Shown piece after piece: positions 47,466 through 58,009 of a DNA stretch of 64,000 nucleotides. Position 1 is the first letter of the stretch; every line of letters begins with the position of its first letter. Position numbers and translations under genes: made by a program. Location of the stretch: the NCBI GenBank assembly GCA_039799245.1, contig JBDLTB010000015.1, forward strand, positions 9,759-73,758, given 5' to 3'. Source of the stretch: Cyanobacteriota bacterium. GTDB lineage: Bacteria; Cyanobacteriota; Cyanobacteriia; PCC-6307; Cyanobiaceae. The notes under the pieces are model-generated. The model did not search any database, was not told the DNA's origin, and worked only from the letters and a program-made list of their open reading frames with translations.

Positions 47466-49601
47466 TTACCCGCCCTGGGGCCATGGCGTCAGCCTCACCG
47501 CTGCCCCCTTCAACTCCGGCTGCTTGGAGTGGGGACAAGCGAGCTCATGCATCAGGCGATTGGCCTCACAGGGATTGGGCTGGGAAGCACCCCAATGCAT
47601 CGGCAAAAACACGGTGCCAGGACGGATCAAATCAGTTATATGCACCCTTGCGCTGATCGCCCCCCGCCGCGAGCGCACCTCGGCCCAGCCCCCATCAATT
47701 AGTCCATGGCTGGCGCCATCGCGGGGATGCACCTCCAGCAACGCCTCCGGATGCTGCTTAAGCAACCTTGGCACCTGGGCCGTGCGGGTCATGGTGTGCC
47801 AATGGCCCAAGTAACGGCCAACGCTGAGCACCAGGGGATACGAGTCACAGGGGGGTTCCGCCAGACCAAAGGGCTGGTCGCACTGGAATAGAGCCCGACC
47901 GCTCGCCGTTGGGAAGCGGTGGTCGAGGTAAAGCCGGGCCGTGCCAGCGCCCGGAGCGGTGCCTTCGCTGAAGGGCCATTGCTGGGGGCCATGGTCAGCA
48001 AGGAGCTGATGGCTAAGGCCAGCCATGTCGCAAACACGACCAGCGGTTATCGCCACAAACTCGGCGAACACCTCACTGCTATCGGCATAGCTAAAGGCCT
48101 CGCCAAATCCCAGCCTTCGCCCCAACTCCGCAAAGATCGCCCAATCGGCCTTGGCTTCACCGGGGGCTGGTCGGAACTGGGTGCAGAGGGTGACCCGCCT
48201 TTCCGAATTGGTCATCACCCCCTGCTTTTCACTCCACTGGGCAGCCGGCAATAAAAGGTGGGCCACCGCAGCGGTTTCCGTGCCGGCATAGGCCTCACTG
48301 AGCACCACCAGGGGGCAATTCTGGGCCGCGGCCCGCACCCGATCGAGGGAAGGCAGGCTCACCAGCGGATTGGTGGCGGCCACCCACCAAAGACCCAACT
48401 CACCGCGCTCCATGGCCTCCACCTGGGCCCACACATCGAAGCCAGGCTCCGCAGCGATCGAACCCCCAGGCAGGCCCCAGTGGCGTTCCAGCTCAACCCG
48501 GTGGTCGGCAACAGCGACGCTGCGATACCCAGGCAGCAGCTGGGCCAAGCCCCCCGCCTCGCGGCCACCCATGGCATTGGGCTGGCCAGTGAGCGAGAAG
48601 GGACCGGCACCAGCCCTGCCAATCTGACCAGTTAGCAGGTGCAAATTAACGATGGCACTCACCGTGGCACTGCCTTCCTGCGACTGGTTCACCCCCATCG
48701 ACCAGCCACTGAGCACCGCTGGGCTGTGGCCCCAGGCCCGGGCCACGGCCTCCAACTCCGTGGCGTCAATACCGCAGATATCACTAACCCGCTGCGGCGT
48801 CCAAGCCTGCAACAGCTCTTTGTAGGCGTCAAACCCTTCGGTGTGGTCGGCGATAAAGCCAAGGTCAAGGTTGTTGCCTTGCATGAGCAAATGGCCAAGG
48901 CCATGGAGCAGGGCCAGATCCGTACCGGGTCGAATCGCCAGGTGCCAGTCCGCAGCTGCGGCAGTGGCGGTGCGCCTGGGATCCACCACCACCAGGCGAA
49001 GACTTTCTGGGTCCCGGCGTTTGCGCTTAAGTAAGCGCTGCCAAAGCACCGGATGGCAATCAGCCGTATTAGTGCCAATCAGAAACACTAAACTGGCGCC
49101 ATCAAGGTCGTCATAACAACAAGGGGGGCCATCGGAGCCAAGGCTGCGGGCATAACCCGCCACCGCTGAACTCATGCAAAGCCGAGAGTTAGCATCGAAG
49201 TTATTTGTACCCAAAAAACCCTTAAATAATTTCTGGGCCAGGTAATAGTCCTCCGTGAGAAATTGCCCAGAGCCATACACAGCCAAGCCCTTAGGCCCCT
49301 GGTGCGCCACGGTTGCTTTGATCTGGTCCCCAAGGCGCCCAAGGGCCTCATCCCAACTAATCGGCCTAAAGTCTTGATCAAGTTGATCGCGCCAAAGGGG
49401 TTGGCTGAGGCGATTTTTATCCAAGGTTTCGCCAACCGTGGCCCCCTTCACGCACACCTGACCCAGGGAGGAAGGGTGCTGGCGATCGCCCCTGGCGGTC
49501 CAAACCAGCCCCTGCTTCGGCGGCAAAAGTTCTAGGCCACAGCCCACCCCGCAGTAGGGGCATTGGGCCCGGGCAGAGGCCGCCGGAGTTTCTAATACCA
49601 T
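47466..49601 (-). CDS. narB: assimilatory ferredoxin-nitrate reductase (molybdopterin oxidoreductase)
   Basis: N-terminal 4Fe-4S motif CPYCGVGCG with MopB-family length. ATG 49601 is preferred over TTG 49616. Confidence 0.9.
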   Translation of the reverse strand: MVLETPAASARAQCPYCGVGCGLELLPPKQGLVWTARGDRQHPSSLGQVCVKGATVGETLDKNRLSQPLWRDQLDQDFRPISWDEALGRLGDQIKATVAHQGPKGLAVYGSGQFLTEDYYLAQKLFKGFLGTNNFDANSRLCMSSAVAGYARSLGSDGPPCCYDDLDGASLVFLIGTNTADCHPVLWQRLLKRKRRDPESLRLVVVDPRRTATAAAADWHLAIRPGTDLALLHGLGHLLMQGNNLDLGFIADHTEGFDAYKELLQAWTPQRVSDICGIDATELEAVARAWGHSPAVLSGWSMGVNQSQEGSATVSAIVNLHLLTGQIGRAGAGPFSLTGQPNAMGGREAGGLAQLLPGYRSVAVADHRVELERHWGLPGGSIAAEPGFDVWAQVEAMERGELGLWWVAATNPLVSLPSLDRVRAAAQNCPLVVLSEAYAGTETAAVAHLLLPAAQWSEKQGVMTNSERRVTLCTQFRPAPGEAKADWAIFAELGRRLGFGEAFSYADSSEVFAEFVAITAGRVCDMAGLSHQLLADHGPQQWPFSEGTAPGAGTARLYLDHRFPTASGRALFQCDQPFGLAEPPCDSYPLVLSVGRYLGHWHTMTRTAQVPRLLKQHPEALLEVHPRDGASHGLIDGGWAEVRSRRGAISARVHITDLIRPGTVFLPMHWGASQPNPCEANRLMHELACPHSKQPELKGAAVRLTPWPQGG

Positions 49602-49621
49602 CGGCGGGTAAGCCAACTAGC

Positions 49622-50074
49622 TCACCATTTCCCGTAGGGCAAAAACTTACCGTTCATCGTCACCACCACCCGATCCCCCTTGGGATCAGCTTGACGATCC
49701 ACATTGAGGCTGAAGTCTATGGCCGACATTATTCCGTCTCCAAACTTCTCCTGAATCACATCCTTAAGCGGTAGTCCGTACACCTGCAGGATTTCGTAGA
49801 AGCGATAGAGCAGGGGATCGGTGGGAATAACTGGATCGAGAGCCCCCTTTACCGGATAAATAGTGAGCTGCTTAGCCAGCTCGGCGCCTTCCCCCTCCAG
49901 CCCCAGGGCCGCCACCAGGGCCTCCACCTGCCCTGGGCTGGCCGTGGCTTGGCCATAGATCAGGCTTGCCACCCACACCTCATCGGCCCCAAGCCGCTGG
50001 CCCAGATCAGCGAAGCTGAGCCCCATGCTGCGCTTGGCTGTGAGCAGTAGGGCCGTGAGGGGTGAGAGGGCCAT
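49622..50074 (-). CDS. cynS: cyanase (cyanate hydratase)
   Basis: 150 aa with an N-terminal HTH-like region and a cyanase C-terminal domain ...[14 protein letters not shown]. Lies directly upstream of narB. Confidence 0.9.
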   Translation of the reverse strand: MALSPLTALLLTAKRSMGLSFADLGQRLGADEVWVASLIYGQATASPGQVEALVAALGLEGEGAELAKQLTIYPVKGALDPVIPTDPLLYRFYEILQVYGLPLKDVIQEKFGDGIMSAIDFSLNVDRQADPKGDRVVVTMNGKFLPYGKW

Positions 50075-50159
50075 GGGGCAGCAAGCAAATACGGGAGGTG
50101 CAGCGGACCATAAGGATCAGTGGTTACCCGGATGGCGGCAACCGCTACAAAATGAGCTG

Positions 50160-50777
50160 GTGCCACCGGCCCTGCGCTGCTGCTTACTCAGCGGTGGCGC
50201 CAGCCGCCGCATGGGCCGCGACAAGGCCTTGCTACCCCACCCGGAGGGGGGCACCTGGTTGGAACGCAGCCTGAGGTTGGCCAGTGGCAGCGGCCTACCG
50301 CTAAGCCTTTGCAGTGGCCATCCCCAGCACCTAGAGCTGGCGGCAACCTTGGCCCCCCAGTTGCCCGTGGACCTTGATCTACTGGAGGAACCAGCCCCCT
50401 GGGAGGGTCCCCTGCGGGCCCTAGGTCGACTGATGAATCAACACCCTGGCGAGGATCTACTGCTCCTGGCCATAGACCTTCCGTTACTGCAACCCGAACA
50501 TCTGCAGCAACTATTGGCAACCTGGCATCCCCTAAGGAGCCTGTTGGTTGTTAGTAGCGAAGGCCGGCGCCAACCCCTCACAGCCATCTATCCAGCGGAG
50601 CTGGCCCCAAAGCTCGAAGCATCCCTAAGCAACGGCGAACGTAGCCTTAACCGCTTCATCGCCACTCAACCGCACCGTTGCCTCCCCATGGAGCCTCGGG
50701 CCCTAAGCAACTGCAACCGTCCCGAGGACTGGCCCTGGGACCCTGCTTCGCTAATCATTAATGTCAGCCAGCCCTAG
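50160..50777 (+). CDS. mobA: molybdenum cofactor guanylyltransferase
   Basis: LLSGGASRRMGRDKALL motif near the N-terminus. GTG 50160 is preferred, because the ORF-track start at 50025 would overlap the divergent cynS. Confidence 0.7.
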   Translation: MPPALRCCLLSGGASRRMGRDKALLPHPEGGTWLERSLRLASGSGLPLSLCSGHPQHLELAATLAPQLPVDLDLLEEPAPWEGPLRALGRLMNQHPGEDLLLLAIDLPLLQPEHLQQLLATWHPLRSLLVVSSEGRRQPLTAIYPAELAPKLEASLSNGERSLNRFIATQPHRCLPMEPRALSNCNRPEDWPWDPASLIINVSQP

Positions 50778-50788
50778 GCCAGCCAGAA

Positions 50789-53299
50789 TTAAGCAGGCGC
50801 CAGCGGGTCCTCCGGCCAGCGGTGTTTCGGATAACGACCGCGCAGGTCCTTGCGCACCAGTGGATAGCCCTGCTGCCAGAAGCTGGCCAGATCCCGCGTT
50901 ACTGCTGCCGGCCGCCCCGCCGGCGAAAGCAGATGCACCAACACCGCATGGCGCCCCTCCGCCAGCCGCGGGGTGGCGGTGAGCCCAAAAAAGTCCTGCA
51001 GCCTGCTGCTCAACACCGGCTCTTCACCGGTGTAGTCGATCCGGCCGGCACGACCCGTGGGTAAGGGCCAACGCAGGGGGGCCAGGACGTCCAATTGGCT
51101 GCGCTGGCGCCAGTCGAGTCGATCCAGCAGGGCTGCCCCCACATCCAAGCGCTGCAGCTCCCCCAGGCTGCGCACCCCCCCCAGGGCCGGCCCCAACCAA
51201 AGCTCCAGCTCCGCCAGCAAGCTGGTGTCGTCCACCGCCGGCCATAGTTCGGGCTCCAGCCGCTGCAAAAAGCCCAGTCGCCCGCGCAGCTGTTGCCGTT
51301 CCGGCGTCCAGGCCAACTGCTGTAGACCCCCCCGGCGCAGCTGTTCAAGCACGCAGGCCCGCAGCAGCTCTGGATCGGGATTAGCCAGGGGTTCATCGTT
51401 CAACAGCAGGGCCCCCAAGCAGCGTTGGCGTCGGGCCTGCACCAGCTGTTTGTTGTCGTCCCACTGCACCAGGTCTCTGCTTTGGAGCTGATCCGCTTGC
51501 AACAGCTCCAAAGCCGCCAACGGCAGGGCTGCCGCCAGCCAGATCCGGGCCTGGCGCCGGTCCCCATCCAGGTGGGCCACCACCAGGGCAGCACTGGCCG
51601 CCAGGGGATCATTGGGCCCCAGGGCCGCCCCGCGGCCACTGGCCAACAGAAATACCCCGGGCCGTTCCGCCGCCCGCGGCAAGCCCAGCCGGTCGGGGTA
51701 GGCCAGGGCCAACAGCACCCCCACCCAGGCGGGCCAGCCCTCGGGCAGCAGCGGCAGATCCCGGGGTAAGCGCAGCTGCCGCCGCAGTTGTTGGGTGAGC
51801 TGCCGCAGCAGCGGCCAGCCATCGCCCCGCCCCCGTTCCAAGCGATCCAGCCGCAGGCAGAGGTCCGCCCCCAGGCTGACCGCCCCCTGGCGCAGGGGAT
51901 CCCGTTCCCCCAGCAGGGCCGCCAGGGCACAGGCCAAGGCCTGCCGTTCCGGGGCCCCCCAGGCGGGCAGGCCCAACTCCGCCGGCAGCTGCAACTCCCC
52001 CGCCGCCAGCAGCATTGCCCCCAGGCGCGGATGCAAGCCCAACTGCCCCAGGGCCCGCCCCCGCTTAGTGGGCTGGCCTTGGGCATCGAGGCCCCCCAAC
52101 TCCGTGAGCAGCTGGCGGGCCTGCTCAAGCGGCACCGCCGGCGGCGGATCCAAAAAGGCGAGCCCCTCGCCGCTGCCCGCCCCCCACAGGGCCAACTCCA
52201 GGGCCAGCGGAGCCGGGTCACAACCAAGGATTTCCGGCTGGGGCTGGGCCGGCCGCCGCTGCTGGTCGATGGCAGTCCAGAGCCGATAACAAACCCCTGG
52301 GCCCAGGCGGCCGGCCCGGCCCCGGCGCTGGTCGGCCTGGGCCAGCGAGGCCTTTTCAGTGAGCAGCCGAGCCAGGCCCGTGGCGGGATCAAAGCGAGAC
52401 ACCCGACTCCAACCGGCATCCACCACCACGCTGATGCCCTCGATGGTGAGGCTGCTCTCCGCCAGGGCCGTGGCCAGCACCAGCTTGCGCCGGCCCGCCG
52501 CCGCTGGGACCACCGCCGCATCCTGGGCCCGGCCATCGAGGTCGCCATAGAGGGGGGTGAGCTCCACCTCCTCTGGCAGATCCTGCAACTGCTCCCCCAA
52601 GCGCCGGATCTCCGCCTGCCCCGGCAGGAACACCAGCACACTGCCCCGCTGCTCCGCCAGGGCCCGCCGGATCGCCGGCCGCACCTGGTCGGCGATGGCC
52701 GCCACGGTGGGTTGGTCCGGGGCCGGCCGGTCGGCATAGATCGTTTGCACCGGATAGGCCTGGCCGCTGCTGCTCAGCACCGGCGCCCCCCCCAGCAGCT
52801 GGGCCAGGGGTTCGGCATCGAGGGTGGCAGACATGGCCAGCAGGGCCAGATCAGGCACCAGCAATTGTTTGGCCTGCCAGGTGAGCGCCAGGGCCAGGTC
52901 GCAGCCCACCCCCCGTTCATGCACCTCGTCAAACAGCACGGCAGTCACCCCCGTGAGGGCCGGGTCCTCCTGGAGCAGGCGCAGAAACAAACCGTCGGTG
53001 AGCAGCTCGATGCGGGTGCGGGGCCCCACGCAACTGTCGAGCCGCACCCGATAGCCCACGGTTTCCCCCACCGCTTCGCCAAGGCTGCGGGCCATCTGCC
53101 GGGCCGCCAGCTTGGCCGCCAGCCGCCGCGGTTCCAGCACCAAAATCTTGCCTTGGCCCCAGGGCTCGGCCGCCGCCAAGGCCAAGGGCACCCGGGTGGT
53201 TTTACCGGCCCCGGGCGGCGCCTGCAGCACCAAGCATCCGTGCTGCCTCAGGCTGGCCAGCAGTGCCGGCAGCAGGGGCTCGATGGGCAGGGCCGTCAT
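50789..53299 (-). CDS. hrpB: ATP-dependent RNA helicase HrpB
   Basis: Starts MTALPIEPLLPAL, with APPGAGKTT and DEVHER (DEAH) motifs. 836 aa, as is typical for HrpB. The ORF-track extension to 53830 is antisense to the deaminase gene. Confidence 0.85.
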   Translation of the reverse strand: MTALPIEPLLPALLASLRQHGCLVLQAPPGAGKTTRVPLALAAAEPWGQGKILVLEPRRLAAKLAARQMARSLGEAVGETVGYRVRLDSCVGPRTRIELLTDGLFLRLLQEDPALTGVTAVLFDEVHERGVGCDLALALTWQAKQLLVPDLALLAMSATLDAEPLAQLLGGAPVLSSSGQAYPVQTIYADRPAPDQPTVAAIADQVRPAIRRALAEQRGSVLVFLPGQAEIRRLGEQLQDLPEEVELTPLYGDLDGRAQDAAVVPAAAGRRKLVLATALAESSLTIEGISVVVDAGWSRVSRFDPATGLARLLTEKASLAQADQRRGRAGRLGPGVCYRLWTAIDQQRRPAQPQPEILGCDPAPLALELALWGAGSGEGLAFLDPPPAVPLEQARQLLTELGGLDAQGQPTKRGRALGQLGLHPRLGAMLLAAGELQLPAELGLPAWGAPERQALACALAALLGERDPLRQGAVSLGADLCLRLDRLERGRGDGWPLLRQLTQQLRRQLRLPRDLPLLPEGWPAWVGVLLALAYPDRLGLPRAAERPGVFLLASGRGAALGPNDPLAASAALVVAHLDGDRRQARIWLAAALPLAALELLQADQLQSRDLVQWDDNKQLVQARRQRCLGALLLNDEPLANPDPELLRACVLEQLRRGGLQQLAWTPERQQLRGRLGFLQRLEPELWPAVDDTSLLAELELWLGPALGGVRSLGELQRLDVGAALLDRLDWRQRSQLDVLAPLRWPLPTGRAGRIDYTGEEPVLSSRLQDFFGLTATPRLAEGRHAVLVHLLSPAGRPAAVTRDLASFWQQGYPLVRKDLRGRYPKHRWPEDPLAPA

Positions 53300-53371
53300 G
53301 GGGGCGAAGGGGGCAAACAACCCCGGGCCGGAGGCGCATGCAGCAAGCTTGCGACACCGGCGCCCCCAGCC

Positions 53372-53872
53372 ATGAGCCCCGCCCCAAACCACTCCAGTTT
53401 TATGGCCCTGGCCATAGCTGAAATGCAGCGCACCGCCCTGGAGGACCGCAGCGGGGAACCCTTTGGCGCCGTGGTGGTGAAGAACAACAGGGTGGTGGCC
53501 AGCGCCGGCAACAGCGTGGCCCGCCACAACGACCCCACTGCCCATGCGGAGGTAAATGCCATCCGCGCCGCCTGCCAGGCGCTGGGGAGCTGGGATCTCA
53601 CGGGCTGTGTGCTTTACACCAGCTGCCAGTGCTGCCCCATGTGTTACGCCGCAGCCGCCTGGGCCGGCATTGGCAAGATCTATTACGCCGCCGGCTGGGA
53701 CGACTACAACGACATCTACGACGACCAAGCCATCGCCCGGGACCTGCTGCAGCCCAATCCCCAAAAGAGCCTTGCCCCGGAACAACTGCTGCGGGATGAG
53801 GCCGTTGCCGTGTGGAAGGCCGTGCGCCAAGACCGGGGGATCACGAGCAAACCCGCCAGAGTCCAGCTTTAG
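53372..53872 (+). CDS. CMP/dCMP-type zinc deaminase (nucleoside or guanine deaminase family)
   Basis: HAEVNAI and CxxCPMC zinc motifs, 166 aa. Only the last 167 codons of the 51788..53872 ORF look real. Confidence 0.8.
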   Translation: MSPAPNHSSFMALAIAEMQRTALEDRSGEPFGAVVVKNNRVVASAGNSVARHNDPTAHAEVNAIRAACQALGSWDLTGCVLYTSCQCCPMCYAAAAWAGIGKIYYAAGWDDYNDIYDDQAIARDLLQPNPQKSLAPEQLLRDEAVAVWKAVRQDRGITSKPARVQL

Positions 53873-53900
53873 CCACTGCCTGATGAAGTTAGGGCCTGAT

Positions 53901-54536
53901 TTAGCCAGCTCCAGCCAAGCGCCTTAGATAGGCGCCACTGTTGCCGGCGTTGATCCAGCCGGTGGCGATGGTTTTGCTATCGACATGGCTCACCCGACCC
54001 CGATGGATATGGGATAAACCCGCCGGAAAGATCAACAACTTGCCCCGCTCGGCCTCTTCGTGGTGGCCCTGCCAGTGGAATTCAGTGCCCCCCTCCGGCA
54101 GGTCATTGCAATAGAGAATCCAGGCCAACACCCGGTGCACCGGTTCGGTTGCCTCAGCGCCGATGGTCCAATCACAATGCCAACGCTTAAAACCTTCGCC
54201 AGGGGCATAGCGCTGCAGGTTGAAAATCGGGTTCACGAATAACTGTTGCTCTGGGCAGCAATCCCGGAACAGTGGCCGCTCCTCCAGGTAGCGGCCCAGC
54301 CCCGCCGTCACCCCCCGCACGATCACCTCGGCCAGGGCAAAGGCCTCCGGATCACTGCGGTCAAGCGCCACAAGGCTGATATCGGTGGAAACCTTGGCGG
54401 GTTCCGCCTCCGAGCCAGGGCCCGCACCAAAGGCCACCCCCCGGCTATGCAGATCGCTACGGCGGTCGAAAAAGGCCTGCACGCCATCGGCCAGGGCCCC
54501 ATAGCCGGCATTGCGATAGGAGGCAATTAGCTTCAT
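53901..54536 (-). CDS. 2OG-Fe(II) oxygenase superfamily protein
   Basis: HxD...H facial triad context (KRWHCDW ... LSHIHRGR) and a double-stranded beta-helix pattern. ATG 54536 is preferred, because 54623 would leave only 5 nt to the divergent MFS gene. Confidence 0.7.
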   Translation of the reverse strand: MKLIASYRNAGYGALADGVQAFFDRRSDLHSRGVAFGAGPGSEAEPAKVSTDISLVALDRSDPEAFALAEVIVRGVTAGLGRYLEERPLFRDCCPEQQLFVNPIFNLQRYAPGEGFKRWHCDWTIGAEATEPVHRVLAWILYCNDLPEGGTEFHWQGHHEEAERGKLLIFPAGLSHIHRGRVSHVDSKTIATGWINAGNSGAYLRRLAGAG

Positions 54537-54628
54537 AGGCCCAGGGGGGCGAATGCTTTCCCCCACTGAATCACGCCAACCCAACGGGGCCGGGTCAGTA
54601 GTTTCAGGAACCGCCGGGCCCACACCCC

Positions 54629-55843
54629 ATGAAACGGCCGTCCACGCTGCTTTGCGTGTTCGTGACCCTGCTAAACGACCGGGTGGGGGAAAGCCTGGTG
54701 TTCCCGCTGCTGCCCTTCCTGCTGGCCAGCTTCACCAGCAGTGGCACCACCCTGGGCTTGCTGGCCGGTAGCTATGCCTTGGCCCAGTTCCTAGCCACCC
54801 CCCTAATCGGCGCCCTCAGCGATCGCTTCGGCCGGCGGCCGGTGATCGCCGGCTGTGTGGCCGGCACGGTGCTGGGGCTCAGCCTGTTTGCCACCACCTT
54901 GGAAATCCCCTGGCCCGCAGGCAGTGGCTGGCCCTTGATTCTCTTATTTGCCGGTCGCCTGCTGGATGGCTTCAGCGGGGGCACCGCCGCCACCGCCGGG
55001 GCCGTGCTGGCCGACATCAGCAGCCCGGAAAATCGGGCGAAGGCCTTTGGCCTGATTGGGGTGGCCTTTGGCCTTGGCTTCATCCTTGGCCCAGCCCTAG
55101 CAGGGCTGCTGGCCCGCTGGAGTGTGACCCTGCCGGTGTGGATTTCCGTGGCGATTGCCGCCGTGAATTTGTTGCTGGTGCTTTGCCTGCTGCCAGAAAC
55201 CCATCCCCCTGAGCAGCGCCGGGCCCTGCCCCGCAAACGGGCCCTCAACCCCTTTGCCCAGCTGGCCAAGGTGTTTAGCAATCCCCAGGTGAGCAGCCTT
55301 TGCATTGGCTTCTTTCTGTTTTTCCTGGCCTTCAACGGCTTCACCGCCGTATTGGTGCTCTATTTCAAACAGGTGTTCGGCTGGGGTCCGGCCCTGGCCA
55401 CCACTGCCTTTTTGATCGTGGGGGTGGTGGCCACCGTGGTGCAGGGGGGCTTGATCGGGCCGCTGGTGAAACGTTTCGGTGAACAGCGGCTCACCCTAGT
55501 GGGCCTGGGCCTAGTGCTGGTGGGCTGCCTGCTGATCCCCATGGCGAGCGTCGCCAACGCCCAAGCGGTGGTGTTTAGCGCCGTGGCATTGCTCGCCACC
55601 GGCACCGGCCTCGTCACCCCCTGCCTGCGCAGCCTGGTGTCGCGGCGGCTTGATGGCGGTGGCCAGGGGGCAGCCCTGGGCAGCCTCCAGGGGCTCCAAA
55701 GCCTGGGCAGCTTCCTCGGACCACCGCTCATGGGCCTGAGCTATGAGCACTGGGGCCATGCCAGCCCCTTCCTGCTGGCGGCGGCCATTCTTTTTGCGGT
55801 TGCTCTTCTGAGTGTTAACAAAACCCTGAGGCCAGCGGGCTAA
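54629..55843 (+). CDS. MFS transporter (tetracycline-resistance/TCR-like subfamily)
   Basis: About 12 TM segments and MFS motif A GALSDRFGRRPV. Confidence 0.85.
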   Translation: MKRPSTLLCVFVTLLNDRVGESLVFPLLPFLLASFTSSGTTLGLLAGSYALAQFLATPLIGALSDRFGRRPVIAGCVAGTVLGLSLFATTLEIPWPAGSGWPLILLFAGRLLDGFSGGTAATAGAVLADISSPENRAKAFGLIGVAFGLGFILGPALAGLLARWSVTLPVWISVAIAAVNLLLVLCLLPETHPPEQRRALPRKRALNPFAQLAKVFSNPQVSSLCIGFFLFFLAFNGFTAVLVLYFKQVFGWGPALATTAFLIVGVVATVVQGGLIGPLVKRFGEQRLTLVGLGLVLVGCLLIPMASVANAQAVVFSAVALLATGTGLVTPCLRSLVSRRLDGGGQGAALGSLQGLQSLGSFLGPPLMGLSYEHWGHASPFLLAAAILFAVALLSVNKTLRPAG

Positions 55844-55873
55844 GGTCCGCCCCAATGGCTGTTTCAGCACCCC

Positions 55874-58009
55874 ATGGCCCCCGTCGCCCTTGCCCCCGAG
55901 CTCTACCTAAACCGAGAACTGGCCTGGATCGACTTCAACCAACGGGTACTGGCCCAGGCCCAGGATCAACGCACCCCATTGCTGGAACAGGCCAAGTTCA
56001 GCGCCATCTTCAGCAACAACCTCGATGAATTCTTCATGGTGCGCGTGGCGTCCCTGAAGTCCCAGGTGGAAGCAGGCATCGAAACCCTGAGCGTGGATGG
56101 CCTCACGCCCTTAAAACAACTGCAGGAAATCCAGGCCAAGCTGCGACCACTGCTGGAACAACAGCAGGAGCATTACCGGGCCCAGCTAAAGCCCCAACTG
56201 GCCCAGCAGGGGGTGCAAGTACTTGACTACGAGCAACTGAATGGCCCCCAGAGGGATTGGGTTAATAACCACTTCCGCAATGCAATATTTCCGGTTCTCA
56301 CCCCCCTGGCGGTGGATCCGGCCCACCCATTCCCTTTCATCAGCAATCTCAGCTTCAACATCGCCGCCCTTATCCGTGATCCGGAAACTGGCGAGCAACA
56401 ATTTGCCCGGGTAAAGGTTCCCCAAAAAAACCTACCCCGTTTCATCAAACTGCCCCTGGAACTGGCCGCCAGTGACCAGCCCCTGCTGTACACGGCAATC
56501 CCCCTGGAACAGGTGGTGGCGTTCAACCTCAGCCTGCTGTTCCCCGGCATGACCATTGAGGGCCATTACTTCTTCCGGGTAACCCGAGACGCCGACCTCG
56601 AACTGCGGGAACTGGAGGCCGATGACCTGATGTTGGCCCTGCAGGAGGGCCTACGCAAACGCAGGATGGGCGGTGAGGTGGTGCGTTTGGAGGTGGCCGA
56701 TGAGATGCCCCAAGACGTAATTGACCTATTGATGGAAGGCATGGCCGTAGAGGCGGAAGACCTTTATCAGATCAATGGACCCCTTGGCCTTGATGACCTA
56801 TTTGCGCTCACCGGCCTGCCCCTACCCCAGCTCAAAGATGAACCGCAGCTAGCCCGCATTGCTGCCCCCCTAGCCCGGGCCCAGAAGTCATTGCTGGCGG
56901 ATGGCTCAATCAAGCCTGAGGAATTCGAAAGCATATTTGATGTGCTCAAACGCGGGGATGTGCTGGTGCATCACCCCTACGACCTATTCAGCTCATCGGT
57001 GGAGGAATTCATCGCCCAGGCGGCCGATGATCCCGATGTGCTCGCCATCAAGATGACCCTATACCGGGTCTCTAAGGATTCGAAGGTGATCAGCGCCCTG
57101 ATCACTGCCGCTGAAAATGGCAAACAAGTGATGGCCCTGGTGGAACTCAAGGCCCGCTTTGACGAAGAAAACAACATCCAATGGGCCCGCCAATTGGAAA
57201 ATGCTGGTGTCCATGTGGTTTATGGGGTGATCGGCCTTAAGACCCACACCAAGGTGACCCTGGTGCTGCGACGCGAGCGGGAAGAGCTGCGCTCCTATGT
57301 GCATGTGGGCACTGGCAACTACAACTCGAAAACCTCGAGGCTCTACACCGATGTGGGCCTGCTCAGTGCCCGGCCGGAGCTGGGCCACGACCTGGTGGAA
57401 CTATTCAATTATTTAACCGGTTTCTCCAAGCAACAGAGTTTCCGCAAACTGCTGGTGGCCCCGGTGACCCTGCGGTCCGGCATGGAGGCCTTAATCCAAA
57501 GGGAGATTGACCATGCCCGCCAAGGCAGGGGCGGCAAAATTATTTGCAAGATGAACTCCCTGGTGGATCCCCGTCTGATATCGCTGCTCTATGAAGCCTC
57601 CCAGGCCGGAGTGCAGATCGACCTAATTATTCGTGGGGTTTGCAGCCTGCGGCCCGGCCTTGGGGGATACAGCGAAAATATTCGAGTGATTAGCGTCATT
57701 GGCCGCTTCCTTGAGCACTCCCGCATCTTCTGGTTCAGCAATAGCCAGCAACCGGAGGTATTTATCGGCAGCGCCGATTGGATGGGGCGCAACCTGGACC
57801 GGCGGGTGGAAGCTGTAACCCCGCTGGAGGATCCCCTACTGCGCACCCACCTGGAGGAACTGCTGCAGATTTACCTCAATGACAACCGTGGGGCCTGGGA
57901 CATGCACGTCGACGGTCACTTTGTGCTGCGTCAACCAGAGGGGGAAGTACACGATTCCCAACTCGAATTGATGAACCACTGGAACGCCGTACAGGGGCAA
58001 CCAGCCTGA
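55874..58009 (+). CDS. ppk: polyphosphate kinase 1
   Basis: 711 aa with YLNRELAWIDFNQRVL, FSNNLDEFFMVRV and GLKTHTKVTLVLRRE (phospho-His region). Confidence 0.95.
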   Translation: MAPVALAPELYLNRELAWIDFNQRVLAQAQDQRTPLLEQAKFSAIFSNNLDEFFMVRVASLKSQVEAGIETLSVDGLTPLKQLQEIQAKLRPLLEQQQEHYRAQLKPQLAQQGVQVLDYEQLNGPQRDWVNNHFRNAIFPVLTPLAVDPAHPFPFISNLSFNIAALIRDPETGEQQFARVKVPQKNLPRFIKLPLELAASDQPLLYTAIPLEQVVAFNLSLLFPGMTIEGHYFFRVTRDADLELRELEADDLMLALQEGLRKRRMGGEVVRLEVADEMPQDVIDLLMEGMAVEAEDLYQINGPLGLDDLFALTGLPLPQLKDEPQLARIAAPLARAQKSLLADGSIKPEEFESIFDVLKRGDVLVHHPYDLFSSSVEEFIAQAADDPDVLAIKMTLYRVSKDSKVISALITAAENGKQVMALVELKARFDEENNIQWARQLENAGVHVVYGVIGLKTHTKVTLVLRREREELRSYVHVGTGNYNSKTSRLYTDVGLLSARPELGHDLVELFNYLTGFSKQQSFRKLLVAPVTLRSGMEALIQREIDHARQGRGGKIICKMNSLVDPRLISLLYEASQAGVQIDLIIRGVCSLRPGLGGYSENIRVISVIGRFLEHSRIFWFSNSQQPEVFIGSADWMGRNLDRRVEAVTPLEDPLLRTHLEELLQIYLNDNRGAWDMHVDGHFVLRQPEGEVHDSQLELMNHWNAVQGQPA

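Noticed and set aside
50025-50159. Long N-terminal extension of mobA overlapping the divergent cynS start.
   Set aside because: MobA proteins start a few residues before the LSGG..RMG motif. The extension would overlap cynS head-to-head and leave no promoter space.
51400-52737. 445-aa minus-strand ORF in an alternative frame inside hrpB.
   Set aside because: Trp/Arg/Pro/Gly/Cys-rich composition and complete overlap with hrpB in another frame. This is a high-GC artefact.
51788-53371. First 528 codons or so of a 694-aa plus-strand ORF running antisense through hrpB.
   Set aside because: Only the last 167 codons (53372..53872) carry deaminase motifs. The rest is Pro/Arg/Gly/Gln-rich low-complexity sequence, typical of open antisense frames in high-GC DNA, and it fully overlaps a well-supported helicase gene.
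53300-53830. N-terminal extension of the hrpB ORF (the ORF track gives 1013 aa).
   Set aside because: The extension is antisense to the deaminase gene, has no helicase similarity, and gives an atypical length. MTALPIEPLL at 53299 gives a normal 836-aa HrpB.
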